The position numbers and the translations under genes are program-made. From assembly GCF_006345805.1 (NCBI RefSeq), contig NC_043006.1, positions 10,664,001 to 10,728,000 of the forward strand: DNA of 64,000 nucleotides, given 5' to 3'. Under the pieces are notes generated by a model. That model searched no databases, was not told where the DNA came from, and saw nothing but the letters and a program-made list of their open reading frames with translations. This DNA is from Octopus sinensis. Lineage: Eukaryota. Of this stretch, positions 27,247 through 40,113 are shown in pieces; position 1 is the stretch's first letter, and the number at the start of each line of letters is the position of its first letter.

Positions 27247-27789
27247 AACATACATGTATCTGTAGTTGGGGTGTACGTATGTATATATGAACAAATATAT
27301 ATATGAATATAGATATATAAAGATATATGCATATCTTTATATATATGCATATGCCATTGTTATTTTTGTGGTTGATGTTGTTTGTTCACTGTCATAAATT
27401 TCCGTGGTTTTAGAAAATTCTATTTTGCATTTCACGACCAGTTTCATCAGGGAACATTTTGGGTTTTTTGTTTGTTTTTTTTCCCCTTTGTTCTTCTTTC
27501 CATTAACTTTTTACTGATAGATTTTAAAGACTGCCTTCTAAACCTGAGAGTCCACCATTGAAAATAACTCCCTGGTAACCCCATTATCGACCGATTATTC
27601 TCCGACGCTTCCCTAACTTTAGATCTTTCCAACATCCGTATGGGGTTGTGAGAGCATATATAATACGGATGGACAGAAACCTACAATATCAAATTCACTT
27701 AATCAGCAGGCTGCTTTATTTTCTAATGTTGACAAAAACTATGTGATCACAGATTATTCCCAACTCACTTATGGTGGTTAAATGTTAAA

Positions 27790-28036
27790 GACACCTATTG
27801 GTCATGAATGACCATGGGACTGCACCTAGATAGTTACCCTACGAGGCACCAGCAGTCACTCATGCATACCAGTCTCCCCTCACCATTCCACCGTTTTCCT
27901 AGCACCAATGACGTCACAACTCATTTCTACAGCTGAATGAAATGCAAGAACATGAACAAAAACACACAACCCGGTGTGGGAATGGAACTCATTACATCAT
28001 GGTTGTGAGCCCGATACTCTAACCACTAGGCCATGC
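27790..28036 (-). mobile_element. SINE S4 (deleted, diverged)
   Basis: S4 blocks in reverse. Confidence 0.72.
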
Positions 28037-28102
28037 CCAATTTGAAAGATAGACCTATCTAAATTCGAGTTGAAGAGAAGGTCGGAATTGTAGTATTCAC
28101 AC

Positions 28103-28158
28103 GTTTGAAGAGGTGGCGCTCTGGAGGGACGCTGAACGCTGGCTTCTCGTTTTGTAGG
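28103..28158 (-). CDS. Candidate exon: PTKREASVQRPSRAPPLQ(T)
   Basis: GC-rich island in AT-rich DNA; ttacttag acceptor; donor (gtgtga or gtgaat) and frame ambiguous. Confidence 0.3.
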
Positions 28159-28425
28159 CTAAGTAAATCTGTCTTTAGTTGATATTGATGTAGGAGTCGA
28201 AAAGCTGCTTTGAGTATAATTAAGTGATGCATTGAATGTTGCAGTGTTTAGTTCATTCATATTCATAGATTTATCTTCAAATGTAATGAAGTTACAGGAC
28301 TGTGTTAAGAACGTCGTTTTCATGTGTGTGTGTGTGTTCATGCGTGTGCGTGTGCACGACTACGCGTATACATACATACATATATATATGCGTGTGTGTG
28401 TATATATATGCATATATATATTCTA

Positions 28426-28464
<39 letters not shown>

Positions 28465-28477
28465 ATATATATATATA

Positions 28478-30240
28478 AAATGGCAGAAATACTGCAGAAA
28501 CAATATTGCTCTGTCTTCAGTGTTCCCACTGATATTGATGTGAGGGAAACGAACGAAGCTGACTCCCAACACAAAATCGCAGACATATCCTTCACTGCCA
28601 CCGACATCGTAGCAGCAATAAATGAGGTCAAACATTACTCCGCTTAGGTCCTGATAGATTTCCCGCCAGTCTCCTGAAGGAATGTAGATATCAACTTGCA
28701 GTCCCTCTGACCAACCTCTGGAGAAACTCGTTAGACGCAGGTTATATACTGAAACAGTTTTCTCTCCCAGTCGGTCATCCCGGTTTTCAACAGGGAAACA
28801 TATCCCTCGCAGTCAACTATCGCCCAATCTCACTCACCTCCCACATCATTAAAGTGTTTGAAAGAGTGTTAAGATCAAGGATAGCTGACTTCCTGGAGAC
28901 CCTAAATTCAAATCAACATGGCTTTCGCTGTGGCAGGGACTGTCTAACACAGCTCTTACACCACATTGAAGAGTACTCAAAGCCTTGGGAAACAGGTTCG
29001 AACTCTGACGTCATATACCTTGACTTCAGTAAAGCGTTCGACAGGGTAGGCCATAACATCCTACTCTCAAAATGGCAAATGTTGGAATCCGTGGAAAAGT
29101 TCTACACTGGATTCAGTATTTCCTAGCGAATAGAACACAACATGTTGTAGTTGATGGAGTCCACTCAAACCCAGCAAAAGTCACAGCGGTGTTCTCCAGG
29201 GAACTGTTTTGGGTCCGCTACTCTTCATAATTTATGTAAACGACCTTTCCAGTGTCGTACATCACTGCAAAGTGAAAATATTCGCTGATGACACTAAGCT
29301 CCAGCAAATCGTCAATGAAGAAGCAGACCGAACTCAACTCCAGTCTGACCTATATGCTGTGAGTCAATGGGCAGACAGAAACAAAATGCAACTGAATGAG
29401 GGAAATTTGAGCTGTGCATTTGGAAGAAATTCCTCACTAAAACAACCATACTCTCTTCCTTCAGGGGAACCGCTCACAGCCTCTAACAATATCAGAGACC
29501 TGGGTGTAATTGTTGATGACGATCTCATTGGAGTGCACACATCAACAAGAAGGTCGATACAGCTCGTAGGATGAGTTCCTGGATCTTAAGAACTTTCCGG
29601 TCCAGAGAACAAGGTGTCATCATACCACTTTTTCATCCTTTGTACGGCCACACCTTGAATACTGCTGCCCACTGTGGTCTCCTCACACAAGACAAAACAT
29701 CTCCAGAATTGAGTCACCCCAGAGGGCTCTCACTAAACAAATTGAAGGCATGCTGCTCTCGACTATTGGGATCGCCTTAAAGCCTTGAAACTTTACTCCC
29801 TCCAGCGTCGCCGTGAGCGGTACATCATTTGTACGATGTGGAAAATATACCGCCAACTTTGCCAAACGACTAAACATTAGCTTCAAGGTTCATCCGAGAC
29901 TTGGACCACGGGCTATACGTCCCCTGCCAAATTCAAGATCACAACATACATGTACACTGCAACATAATTTCTTTCCTCAACAGGCCCTGCCTATTTAACA
30001 TGTCCCGAGGAAGATCAAAGAGGAAAAGGATCCCATCAACTTCAAACAGAGTCTGGATAGATTCCTTCAAAGAATACCAGACAAGCCACCCATAATTGGA
30101 TACAACTCACCAACAAGAACTCACTACTTGAACAAAACTTGACTTAAACAGGATTCGAATAATCCTATCAGGTGGTGCTATTAAGTTAGACATGGCCTGG
30201 ACCAATCTCTGGTCGAAACATATCTAAGTTTTATCTAAGT
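28478..30240 (+). mobile_element. 5'-truncated, frameshifted CR1-group LINE
   Basis: Fragments VNYRPISLTSHIIKVFERVL, NQHGFR, YLDFSKAFDRV, GPLLFIIYVNDL, IFADDTK and RDLGVI; inserted in (TA)n. Confidence 0.9.
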
Positions 30241-30693
30241 TTTATATATATATATATATATATATACATATATATATACAGACATACATACACACACGTA
30301 TATATGCATATACACATATATATATGTACATGCGCGTATATATATATGTGTGTGTGTGTTTGTGTATACTTATATATATATATATACATATACGTATTAC
30401 ATACAAATATTGTATTATATATATATAAATACATAGATGTGTGCGAGTGAGCGCGCCTGTTTCAATCACGTGAATCAACACATCTCAAAACATGACAATT
30501 TCATTGTTGTTTGGTTTAGTTAGAATTTATATATTTTTCCCATTTCTTTCCATTCATTTATTTTTGCCTGGTTCTGACATCGACTAAGTAAAAAACAGTG
30601 TTCTATAAATGAATGTTTTGCTCCAAGCTTTGACAGAGATAATAGATTTGTCATGTATTACTGTTATTTCTTTTAATTTTCCTTGAATTTTAC

Positions 30694-30735
30694 CTCAACG
30701 ACTGTCACTTGATAGTTAAGTCTGTTGTTCGGTAG
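30694..30735 (-). CDS. Candidate small exon (42 bp, phase 0 to 0): LPNNRLNYQVTVVE
   Basis: ttttctttctatag acceptor and GAG/gtaaaa donor; the other two frames contain stops. Confidence 0.5.
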
Positions 30736-31071
30736 CTATAGAAAGAAAATACATTTACTGCGAAAATTATTAGGTAACCATTTTGCGTCCGTCAAGAACA
30801 ATTTCTCAAGCAGCGAAATAGCAGCGAAATCTCACTTAAATGTAACTGCAGTGTTTTAAAATGTCGAGAGAATTATTTATAATTATGTTGTTCCTGATTC
30901 AGTCAGGTTGGTCATAAATGGACTGACTTAGATATAAATGGTTCTGCATCGAGATATAACTGCATGTGTTTCATGTATTTCTCTGCTTCTGTTCATGTAG
31001 TTGAAGCCAGGCGTTTTACCAACTTTCTTTTCAAAGTTAGTGATGTTTTGAAAATTGTGATTAGTAAAGGA

Positions 31072-31428
31072 AGGAAGCACTCTGTCGGTTCCAAATCAAC
31101 GGAACAGCCTGCTCGTGAAATTAACGTGTAAGTGGCTGAGCACTCCACAGACACGTGCACCCTTAACATAGTTCTCGGGGATATTCAGCGTGACACAGAG
31201 AGTGACAAGGCCGGCCCCTTGAAATACAGGTACAACAGGAAGTAAGAGTGAGAGAAAGTTGTGGTGAAAGAGTACAGCAGGGATCACCACCATCCCCTGC
31301 CGGAGCATCGTGGAGCTTTTAGAGGTTTTCGCTCAATAAACACTCACAACGCCCGGTCTGGGAATCGAAACCGCGATCCTATGACCGCGAGTCCGCTGCC
31401 CTAACCACTGGGCTATTGCGCCTCCACT
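31072..31428 (-). mobile_element. SINE S3
   Basis: Full S3 consensus in reverse. Confidence 0.9.
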
Positions 31429-31646
31429 GTGATTAGTAAGGATATTACGAATGAGAAATATATGAATATATGAGCATGTCAAGACCTGGCATTGAACAAA
31501 GAAACTTTAAAATACCAGTCTGACTTTCTTTCTCTTTCTCTCTCATTCTCTCTCACATGCATACGCACTCCCTCCACATTAATACTCTCGTAAAGTTACT
31601 GGTTCATAGCAAACACCCTCATAATGTTAGTAGCGTATATATATAT

Positions 31647-31682
<36 letters not shown>

Positions 31683-31684
31683 AA

Positions 31685-31873
31685 CTTACTTGTCTTGTAC
31701 TCTGATTTTTCGTTGTTAAAAAAGTCCGTTTCCATGTTTGTTTTTACGTTTTCATTTCTCGTTGAGTTCTCCGTCTATTTGTGGTGACCTGTACTCACAT
31801 ATATATATTTATATATGCATGTATATATACACATAGATGTAGGTACCTACATATATGTATGTATGTATGCATG

Positions 31874-31908
<35 letters not shown>

Positions 31909-32149
31909 TTATGTCTTATAGGTTAAATGAGGCATACTTGCCCTTTTGGCCGAAACAGCTGTCAGATATGATATAATTATATATTATATTTTATATTTTA
32001 TATTTCTATTTCCTTGTCTAATTATATTTACAATATATTTTGTATAATGCCTTTACTGTTATGTAATGATGTAATAAACTATTGATTGGGTATCATCTGA
32101 TGGTTGATGTTTGATTGATTTAAGTATGTTTCTCCATTTTCTAATTTTG

Positions 32150-32150
<1 letters not shown>
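31685..32150 (+). mobile_element. Two PLE-derived fragments separated by (TA)n
   Basis: 31685-31870 matches the 19680-20240 family; 31925-31968 carries ...UGA-GGC..GCC-GAAAC-AGCU-GUC. Confidence 0.5.
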
Positions 32151-32198
<48 letters not shown>

Positions 32199-32584
32199 AG
32201 TGACGTGGTAAGTAGCTTCCTTACCTACCACATCAGTAGTACCAGCTTCGTTGTACGAGTTCTTTGTTGGAGTCAGTGTCGGTTATGTCATATATACGAG
32301 TTCGAGTTACCGTAATGGTAGATGTTTCAAAGTCATTGTATTGCTGAGCTATCAGCGATAGCACAGTAGACGAGTGAAAAATAACAAAACGCGGAATACA
32401 ACCACAACATAATAATCCTTTTTCTTATAAGCATTTCGGCCGTTTTGCTAACGATTCTGACAGCTCGCCGCTTTACCACCACAACATAACAGAATGTTAC
32501 AGTGCCGACAATAATATACAAGTCGACGAGGACCAACATTATAACAGTAGCGACGAGGATACAAACAATTCACGCAGACAACTC

Positions 32585-32796
32585 TCTCTTTACTCTTTTA
32601 CTCTTTTACTAGTTTCAGTCATTTGACTGCGGCCATGCTGGAGCACCGCCTTTAGTCGAGCAAATCGACCCCGGGACTTATTCTTTGGAAGCCCAGTACT
32701 TATTCTATCGGTCCCTTTTTTTGCCGAACCGCTAAGTGACGGGCACGTAAACACACCAGCATCGGTTGTCAAGCAATGCTAGGGGGACAAACACAG

Positions 32797-32845
<49 letters not shown>

Positions 32846-33018
32846 CATATATACGACAGGCTTCTTTCAGTTTCCGTCTACCAAATCCACTCACAAGGCA
32901 TTGATCGGCCCGGGGCTATAGCAGAAGACACTTGCCCAAGATGCCACGCAGTGGGACTGAACCCGAAACCATGTGGTTGGTTAGCAAGCTACTTACCACA
33001 CAGCCACTCCTGCGCCTA
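32585..33018 (-). mobile_element. SINE S1, full length
   Basis: Complete consensus. Confidence 0.9.
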
Positions 33019-33173
33019 TACGTGGATTTATTTTTTTTTTCACGAGAATATAAACAATTCACACGGACGACGTTGAAACCTTTTCCACGTGGAGAAAATG
33101 AAAACTCGACAGAAGAGTAACAAATATCGTTGTAAATATTTTACGAAAAATCTGTAAAATTATGGAAAACTTG

Positions 33174-33547
33174 GGATCTTTTCGGTTTGAACGGCAGTTT
33201 TTTCTATGACCCTAGTATCGATCTATTGCATTTCAACCTGTTTTAGGGTTAGGGATGGGGGGAAAGGGTATTTTTTCTTCAGAAATGTAAATAAACCCAA
33301 TCTGTTTCTAAAACGAGGGACATATTCATACGGCACAGAATGTTTTCACCTCAATAGACGTCATTGATTGGTTGAAATTGCAGAAATTGAACAAAACAAA
33401 CAAATATCTTACAAACTATAAAATTTTCTCAATAAAGCCAAGAGAAAAAGATGTTTTATAAACACATTCTACCAGTATACGAAGTTTAAAAGTACTTAGT
33501 TACGTGGAAATTATTTTTAAAAACTGCCGTTCAAACCGAAAAGATCC
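33174..33547. mobile_element. MITE with 29-bp TIRs and 8-bp TSD (Merlin-like)
   Basis: TIR ggatcttttcggtttgaacggcagttttt and its exact reverse complement; TSD aaaacttg at 33166-33173 and 33548-33555. Confidence 0.9.
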
Positions 33548-33669
33548 AAAACTTGTTAGAGGGTGTAATTGAGTTGTAAAAACAGCAACAATAACAACTC
33601 AAAGAACAACAAGAAATTTAGAGCAACAAATGCTACAACTAATGGAGTTCGTAACAAACTTTGTAAATA

Positions 33670-34200
33670 CGAGTTGGGGTACCTGGAAAATTACCAGGAA
33701 TCACTGATTTGGTTGTGCTATCGATCGGCTTTACCTGTTCGAGAGAGGCTGCCGAGACATGGTTTTGACACTCCTCAGGCATCCTCGAGGTGCTAGCGGG
33801 ACAGTAAAACTGTCCTGCATGCCTTTGTGAAATGTGAGGAAATAAAGGGGTTAATAGCCTATGTAGAACAGCTGATGTCATCAAGGGAAGGAATACGTCT
33901 ATCGGCAGAATTTATCATGAGGATTGTACCGCCTCCCTCCTTTAAAAAGGAAAGGAAGGTGTGGGTTTTTTTCTGTATAGTGGCCATACTGAAAGAGACA
34001 GTATGGAAGACGCGTGAAAAAGGAATAGAGACAGGTACCTTCATCTCTGGATGCGGGCTGGTAAGTTATTTCAGCTGCCACCTGCATAGTATGATCCGTC
34101 TAGAGAGAAGGTTCCCGTCGCAAAGTATATTTGCGAAAAGATGAATGTCTGAAGTAAGAGTGCTACGGGTAAATGGGACCGGACTAGTATAGCCGGTCGA
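33670..34200 (+). pseudogene. L1/Tx1-clade LINE ORF2 C-terminus (zf-RVT region), degenerate
   Basis: WLCYRSALPVRERL...RC*...TVLHAFVKCEEI...VAILKETVWKTR; homologous to 62133-62360. Confidence 0.8.
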
Positions 34201-34571
34201 GAGGGGAAACAAAAATTTTAAAACAATAGAGAAATAATACTAAAAGAAAATCGGCGGGTCAATTAGATCCAGATTGTGAATATTGTTAATTATCCAATAG
34301 GAAATCATTATAAATTTTTAACTTTCATCATTATCCACTTTTTCGATTTTCGATTTCTCATCCGATTTCATTGTCAGAGTTAACTAACTCCTCTTATTTT
34401 ATGTACTGTACGTTTTGTATTGTCTCCTCTGTGTACCCACCTGGTGGGCAAAAAGAGAAAATGTCAGTAGGAGTGCAGTCGTTGTACGAGTTCTCAGTTA
34501 GAGTCAGTGTCGCACGCGACTGTGTATATAAATAAATACACACATATGTACACGCATCCGCGATTCACAGT

Positions 34572-35492
34572 TTCTTATTTCTTTATTACCCACAAGGGGC
34601 TACACACAGAGAGGACAAACAAGGACAGACAAACGGATTAAGTCGATTACATCGACTCCAGTGCGTAACTGGTACTTATTTAATCGACCACGAAAGGATG
34701 AAAGGCAAAGTCGACCTCGACGGAATTTGAACTCAGAACGTAGCGACAGACGAAATACCGCTAATCATTTCGCTCGGTGTGCTAACGTTTCTGCCAGCTC
34801 GCCGCCTTCCGCGACTCACAGTTTCTCAATTCTTTACTGCCCACAAGGGGCTAAACAGAGAGAGGACAAACAAGGATAGACAAACGGATTAAGTCGATTA
34901 TATCGACCCCAGTGCATGACTAGTACTTATTTAATCGACCCCAAAAGGATGAAAGGTAAAGTCAACCTCGGTGGAATTTGAACTCAGAACGTAGTGACAT
35001 GCGAAATACCTATTTCTTTACTACCCACAAGGAGCTAAACACAGAGAGGACAAACATGGACAGACAAACGAATTAAGTCGATTATATCGACCCCAGTGCG
35101 TAACTGCTACTTATCTAATCGAACCCGAAAGAATGAAAGGCAAACTCGACCTCGGTGGAATTTGAACTCAGAACGTAGCGGCAGACGAAATACAGCAAAG
35201 AATTTCGCCCGGTTTGCTAACGTTTCTGCCAGCTCGCCGCCTTCCGCGACTCAGTTTCTTAATTCTTTACTGCCCACAAGGGGCTGAACACAGAGGGGAC
35301 AAACAAAGACAGACAAACGAATTAAGTCGATTATATCGACCCCAGTGCGTAACTGCTACTTATCTAATCGACCCCGAAAGAATGAAAGGCAAAGTCGACC
35401 TCGGTGGAATTTGAACTCAGAACGTAGCGGCAGACGAAATACAGCAAAGAATTTCGCCCGGTTTGCTAACGTTTCTACCAGCTCACCGCCTT
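34572..35492 (-). mobile_element. Head-to-tail array of about 4-5 SINE S2 units
   Basis: Repeated S2 bodies; the last two units are nearly identical, including the linker ccgccttccgcgactca. Confidence 0.9.
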
Positions 35493-36741
35493 CTGTGACT
35501 CACAGTTTCTGTCTACCAAGTCACTCGCAATGCCTTACGTGATAACGAGCTTTATAATTGGATACGGTATAAGTCCTACACTATTGGAGTGAACTAAAAA
35601 CCACGATTTACTTAATAAACATCTTCACCACAAAGCCTTACCTGCATCATCTTTGCATCTAATCTATATATTTCCGCATATAATAGAAGAGATTTTTGCA
35701 AACATTCATTTTAGCCAACATCATTATATCGTGCACATCATTTTCTATATTTCATGTCGATTTCGACACAACATGTGGCATGAGACTGACAGTTTTAGAA
35801 AGAGCTGATATCTATTATCAAAATCAAAACTAACTTTAGCTAATTGAGTTAAAGGTATACAGCGAACACAGAAATATGACGCAAATTTCTGATTTGAATG
35901 CAGGAGTTTATAGTGTAATAGTTTGACGACATCTCGGCCTTTTGATCTTTTCTATAACAGAGAACTATTATTTCATATAGATTAAAAAATATAAGCAAGG
36001 CCTGAGGATTTGGTGATGATCTGATTATATAGTGAGGTTCGTAACTTTTGATAAGTTTATATGCCGTAGGAAAAACGTGATAATGACGTTTCCAGTCTGA
36101 CCTCTGTCTGACCTTTTGTCTGAGAGAAAAATAATCAATTGAAATATATTCTCACTCTGTCTCTCTCACTCTCACTCTCTCTCCCCCTCTTTCCCTCCCG
36201 CCCAGAGAAACGGTCAAGTTAATCACGAGATGTCAGACCCTCCTTTCTTCCCACGGTATTCGAGCCAGTTCAAGAAAAAAGTTTTTCTTACGAAACAAAC
36301 CTGTCTAGCACCTTCTACGTTATCATTCCAGCTGCTAGAAATAGCAGCCAAGTTTTTGCCCATATATATTTTACAGCCTTGAAAATTGTTCCTATCGATG
36401 GAAAGGTTCGTTCATATTCTTGTAGTGATACTGCTCTACTCGGGAGTACCAGACTTCCAAATGTCCAGCCTTTATTCACAGCTACAAATATGTAACAATA
36501 GTTTTGGTCAGAAGCAAACTGAAGGCTTCCCTATTATCCTGAAACGCTTCTCTTAAATAAACCAAATTGGTTTATGAAGAACGCTAAATGAATTCACTTT
36601 AACGATTAACTTTACCTACAATAATAGTCTAACATCACGGAGACGAAAATGTAGATGTCAGCGGAGTGACTTATGCTGCGATTTGCTACGATATATTTAA
36701 TATACAGTATAACTAAAGTGACTGTTTGTGTCGGGTATACT

Positions 36742-37153
36742 CTCACTCTCTTTTACTCTTTTACTTGTTTCAATCATTTGACTGCAGCCATGCTGGAGCA
36801 CCGCCTTTAGTCGAGTAAATCGACCCTAGGACTTACTCTTTGTAAGCCTAGTACTTATTCCATCGGGCTCTTTTGCCGAGCCGCTAAGTTACGCGGACTT
36901 AAAATAAATGCGCCCTTTTAAAGCCTAGCCAGACTCATGGGCCCGGTTTCCTGGTTTCTATGGTGTATGTGTTCCTCAACTGGACGAGACGCCAGTCCAT
37001 CGCAGCGTTACTCATTTTTGGCTGCTGAGTGGACTGGAGCGACGTGAAATGAAGTGTTTTGCTCAAGAACACAATGCGTCGCCGGGTTCAGGAATCAAAA
37101 CCACAATCTTACGATCATGGTGCTGACACCCTAACCACTAAGCCACGCGCCAC
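36742..37153 (-). mobile_element. Truncated SINE S1 joined to SINE S5
   Basis: S1 3' half at 36742-36898 directly followed by S5 at 36901-37153. Confidence 0.85.
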
Positions 37154-37641
37154 CTAATTTTTAAAAAATGGATCTATCATATCGTATTTAAATATCATTG
37201 TTGCGGACACAATTCACTGCTACTGATGCGAGTCGAACGAGCAACCTCTCGGGTTGTGTCCATAAATTATCCACTAGTCAACCTGCACGACTCAATGCAA
37301 CGATTTCTGTTATAGCATGTTGAACAAAGAGATGCACACACATACACACACATACATACGCATACACATATACGCACAGCTCCGGTTTGCGACGAAATAG
37401 ATCTTATTAAATTCGTTTATACAAACTTTATTGCATCAGTATGTCCGAGAATTTGAAGATAGTAGGGTTTCGATAGTTATTGTCTGCGTGAGTAAGTTAT
37501 GACATTTCAGGGTTCGGAGAAATCCTATTAAATATCATCCTTGAATAATATTCTATGAAGTTCTCAGAATGTTTCACAATCTATTTTGATTAGATTTGAG
37601 GACTTGACGATACTATACAACAATCCATATTGTGAACTTAC

Positions 37642-37676
37642 AGCTGCTAAGAGATTAATGCGTTCTCTTAGAATTG
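37642..37676 (-). CDS. Candidate small exon (35 bp, phase 1 to 0): xILRERINLLAA
   Basis: ttcttaatatag acceptor and consensus GCT/gtaagt donor. Confidence 0.35.
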
Positions 37677-38886
37677 CTATATTAAGAATTGTTATATCAA
37701 ATGGGCGGTTTTAGGCGTTGGGGAAAGTTCAAGAAAATATATCAAGTGAGTGAGAAAAGTTATTCAAAATCATGCAAGTGTGGTGAGAGATCCAAATCTG
37801 AACGTTTATTATTTTTTAACCTGCAGGGGTTCATTAATTCGGAAATCTGAAATACAAAACTGCGGTAGCATTTTCACTTTATTCTTAAAGCAGACGAGAT
37901 ACGTTATTTAGTAATATTGTAATTTTTTTCTCATCGTTTTACTTTTTGGTTTGTTTATTAGAGTTTTTTAAGCAATAAATTAGAGTTCCGTGTTGTAAAC
38001 ACAAAAGAAGACAGCATGTGCAGAAGTGTTGCATACTATGAATAGAAGCCATAAAAACTTCTTGGACTGCAGGGCAGGAAGCGTGTCGCTTATGTCAGTT
38101 ATAATCCAAAAGAATGTCACGTTACGATTAAAGATATTTTAAGATAATTTATTTCTGATTTTGTTTAGAAAATACTTCAATCCGCGAGGGCAGCAACCGA
38201 TGAAAATTAATTAAAGTAATATTTACGACAAAATTGAGCTGAGTGCATTGATTCGATAGAAAATAGAATATTATTAAAACTTTCATTTCGATGTGAGATG
38301 TAAATTTAGCGTAAGATCACCAAGAATTAAAACCAGAAATACAAAATAAAATATAATCCGAAACATATCATATTTATAAGATAACAAAAAATACGTTACT
38401 TAAAAAACAAAATAAGGTAATAACTACAGGTTTTCAAATCTACTTGCTTGATAAACCACTAGTTATATTAGTGTTCATCTTTATTTCTGCATTGCTTGAA
38501 TAATTTTCTTCTAGAATGTTCTTCCAGATCCAAGAATATCTGATACAGTCTCAGGTGGTTGTAAAAATATATAACGATCCTATTTTGTTCCAATTTTTTT
38601 TTTCCGTATTCAATTTTACATTCCTAATTAATCATTTTACGTGACATGAGAAAAATAAGAATAGATATTTCAAACTAACCAATAAAACAATGAATTTTTT
38701 TTGAATAAAAGTATTTTTTTCAATAGAAAGAACTATTTATATACAATGTTAGTAAAATGAAATGAATAAAATAATAAAAATATTTCTTTCTTGAAGGAAG
38801 AAAATTTAATGAGATTTCGGAGGAAATAACTCAAGAAATAAAGAAAAATAATGGAATTTTTAAAACTATATTAAACATATGCTTAC

Positions 38887-38946
38887 TTCTCCTTTGTTAT
38901 ATTTAGTCAGGGAGACATCGGTGGAGTAAACAGAACCGAAAGATCG
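38887..38946 (-). CDS. Candidate exon (60 bp, phase 0 to 0): RSFGSVYSTDVSLTKYNKGE
   Basis: gatttttatccag acceptor and GAA/gtaagc donor; the other frames are closed. Confidence 0.5.
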
Positions 38947-39230
38947 CTGGATAAAAATCGTTCGGAATTTATATACGGCTCAGTTCAAACTTAATGTAAT
39001 CGATTTTACCTTTCATCAATTTAAATATATATTACACTATTAGTGGGTATTGAAGTTGATTGGATCGAAAACACGTCGCCCACCAAAATGTTTGGTTTTG
39101 AGCCAATGTTAAAAATCATTATTCTGCACAGGTAAAGGGATAAAATGACAGAAGTGGAAGCGGAAGCCAGATGAAACATGCTACAGTATTTAGGTCTTAG
39201 TTTTGAATTTAAAAAGAAACAATAGCTTAC

Positions 39231-39297
39231 CAGCATCGTAAGTTTTTAGTGTTCTATCCATCAGTATCAGAAGCTTTATAGTATTCAGGCCCCACTT
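39231..39297 (-). CDS. Candidate exon (67 bp, phase 0 to 1): KWGLNTIKLLILMDRTLKTYDA
   Basis: Strong CTG/gtaagc donor but weak acceptor; phase does not join 38946 directly. Confidence 0.25.
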
Positions 39298-39407
39298 CTA
39301 AGGTAACCTTACCGACCACCATCCATTCCGATGGCATAAAGGCCCCAAACCGGGTCATATAGACTTCTTTCTCTGTAGACTAATATATATATATATATAT
39401 ATATATA

Positions 39408-39563
39408 GCAAGGAAAAATTGTAAAAATGCAGAATGCTCGATTGAAAGAAAATTTTAATGAAATGAGAAATGAAAAAATATATAATATATATTTTTTCAT
39501 TTTCTCATTTCATTAAAATTTTCTTTCAATCGAGCATTCTGCATTTTTACAATTTTTCCTTGC
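39408..39563. repeat. Near-perfect 156-bp palindrome
   Basis: ~76-bp arms differing by a single indel, with almost no spacer. Confidence 0.95.
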
Positions 39564-39616
39564 TTATCATTTCTCCACGTGCGGTCAACACAACCCCACC
39601 ATTTATTGATCTCTAT

Positions 39617-39710
<94 letters not shown>

Positions 39711-39714
39711 CATG

Positions 39715-40020
39715 ATTACCGTGACCGACCAGGCTATCACATGTTGCTATACATAGCTGGTCACAATGCATTTCGCATTGTTTTAGCCTTCAACTGACGC
39801 CACCCCGCTGGCTAAGCGAGCAGGCCAAGAGAAGAAAGAGTGAGAGAAAGTTGTGGCGAAAGAGTACAGGAGGCATCGCCACCACCTCCTGCCGGAGCAT
39901 CGTGGGGCTTTAGGTGTTTTCCCTCAATAAACACTCACAACGCCCGGTCTGGGAATCGAAACCGTGATCCTACGACCGCGAGTCCGCTGCCCTAACCACT
40001 GGGCCATTGCGTCTCCGCAC
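39715..40020 (-). mobile_element. SINE S3 variant
   Basis: S3 head at ~40020 with the gtggcgtc...gtgaccagc tail. Confidence 0.85.
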
Positions 40021-40021
40021 G

Positions 40022-40053
<32 letters not shown>

Positions 40054-40113
40054 TATATATATATATATATTAATATTACTATTAATATTTAGAAGAAGTA
40101 ACAGAGTAACTCA

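Noticed and set aside
32470-32580. Acidic plus-strand frame (..VDEDQHYNSSDEDTNN..)
   Set aside because: Short, bounded by SINEs, with no start or splice support.
34572-35492. CRISPR-like repeat periodicity
   Set aside because: Units are 160-250-bp SINE bodies without unique spacers, in eukaryotic context with no cas genes.
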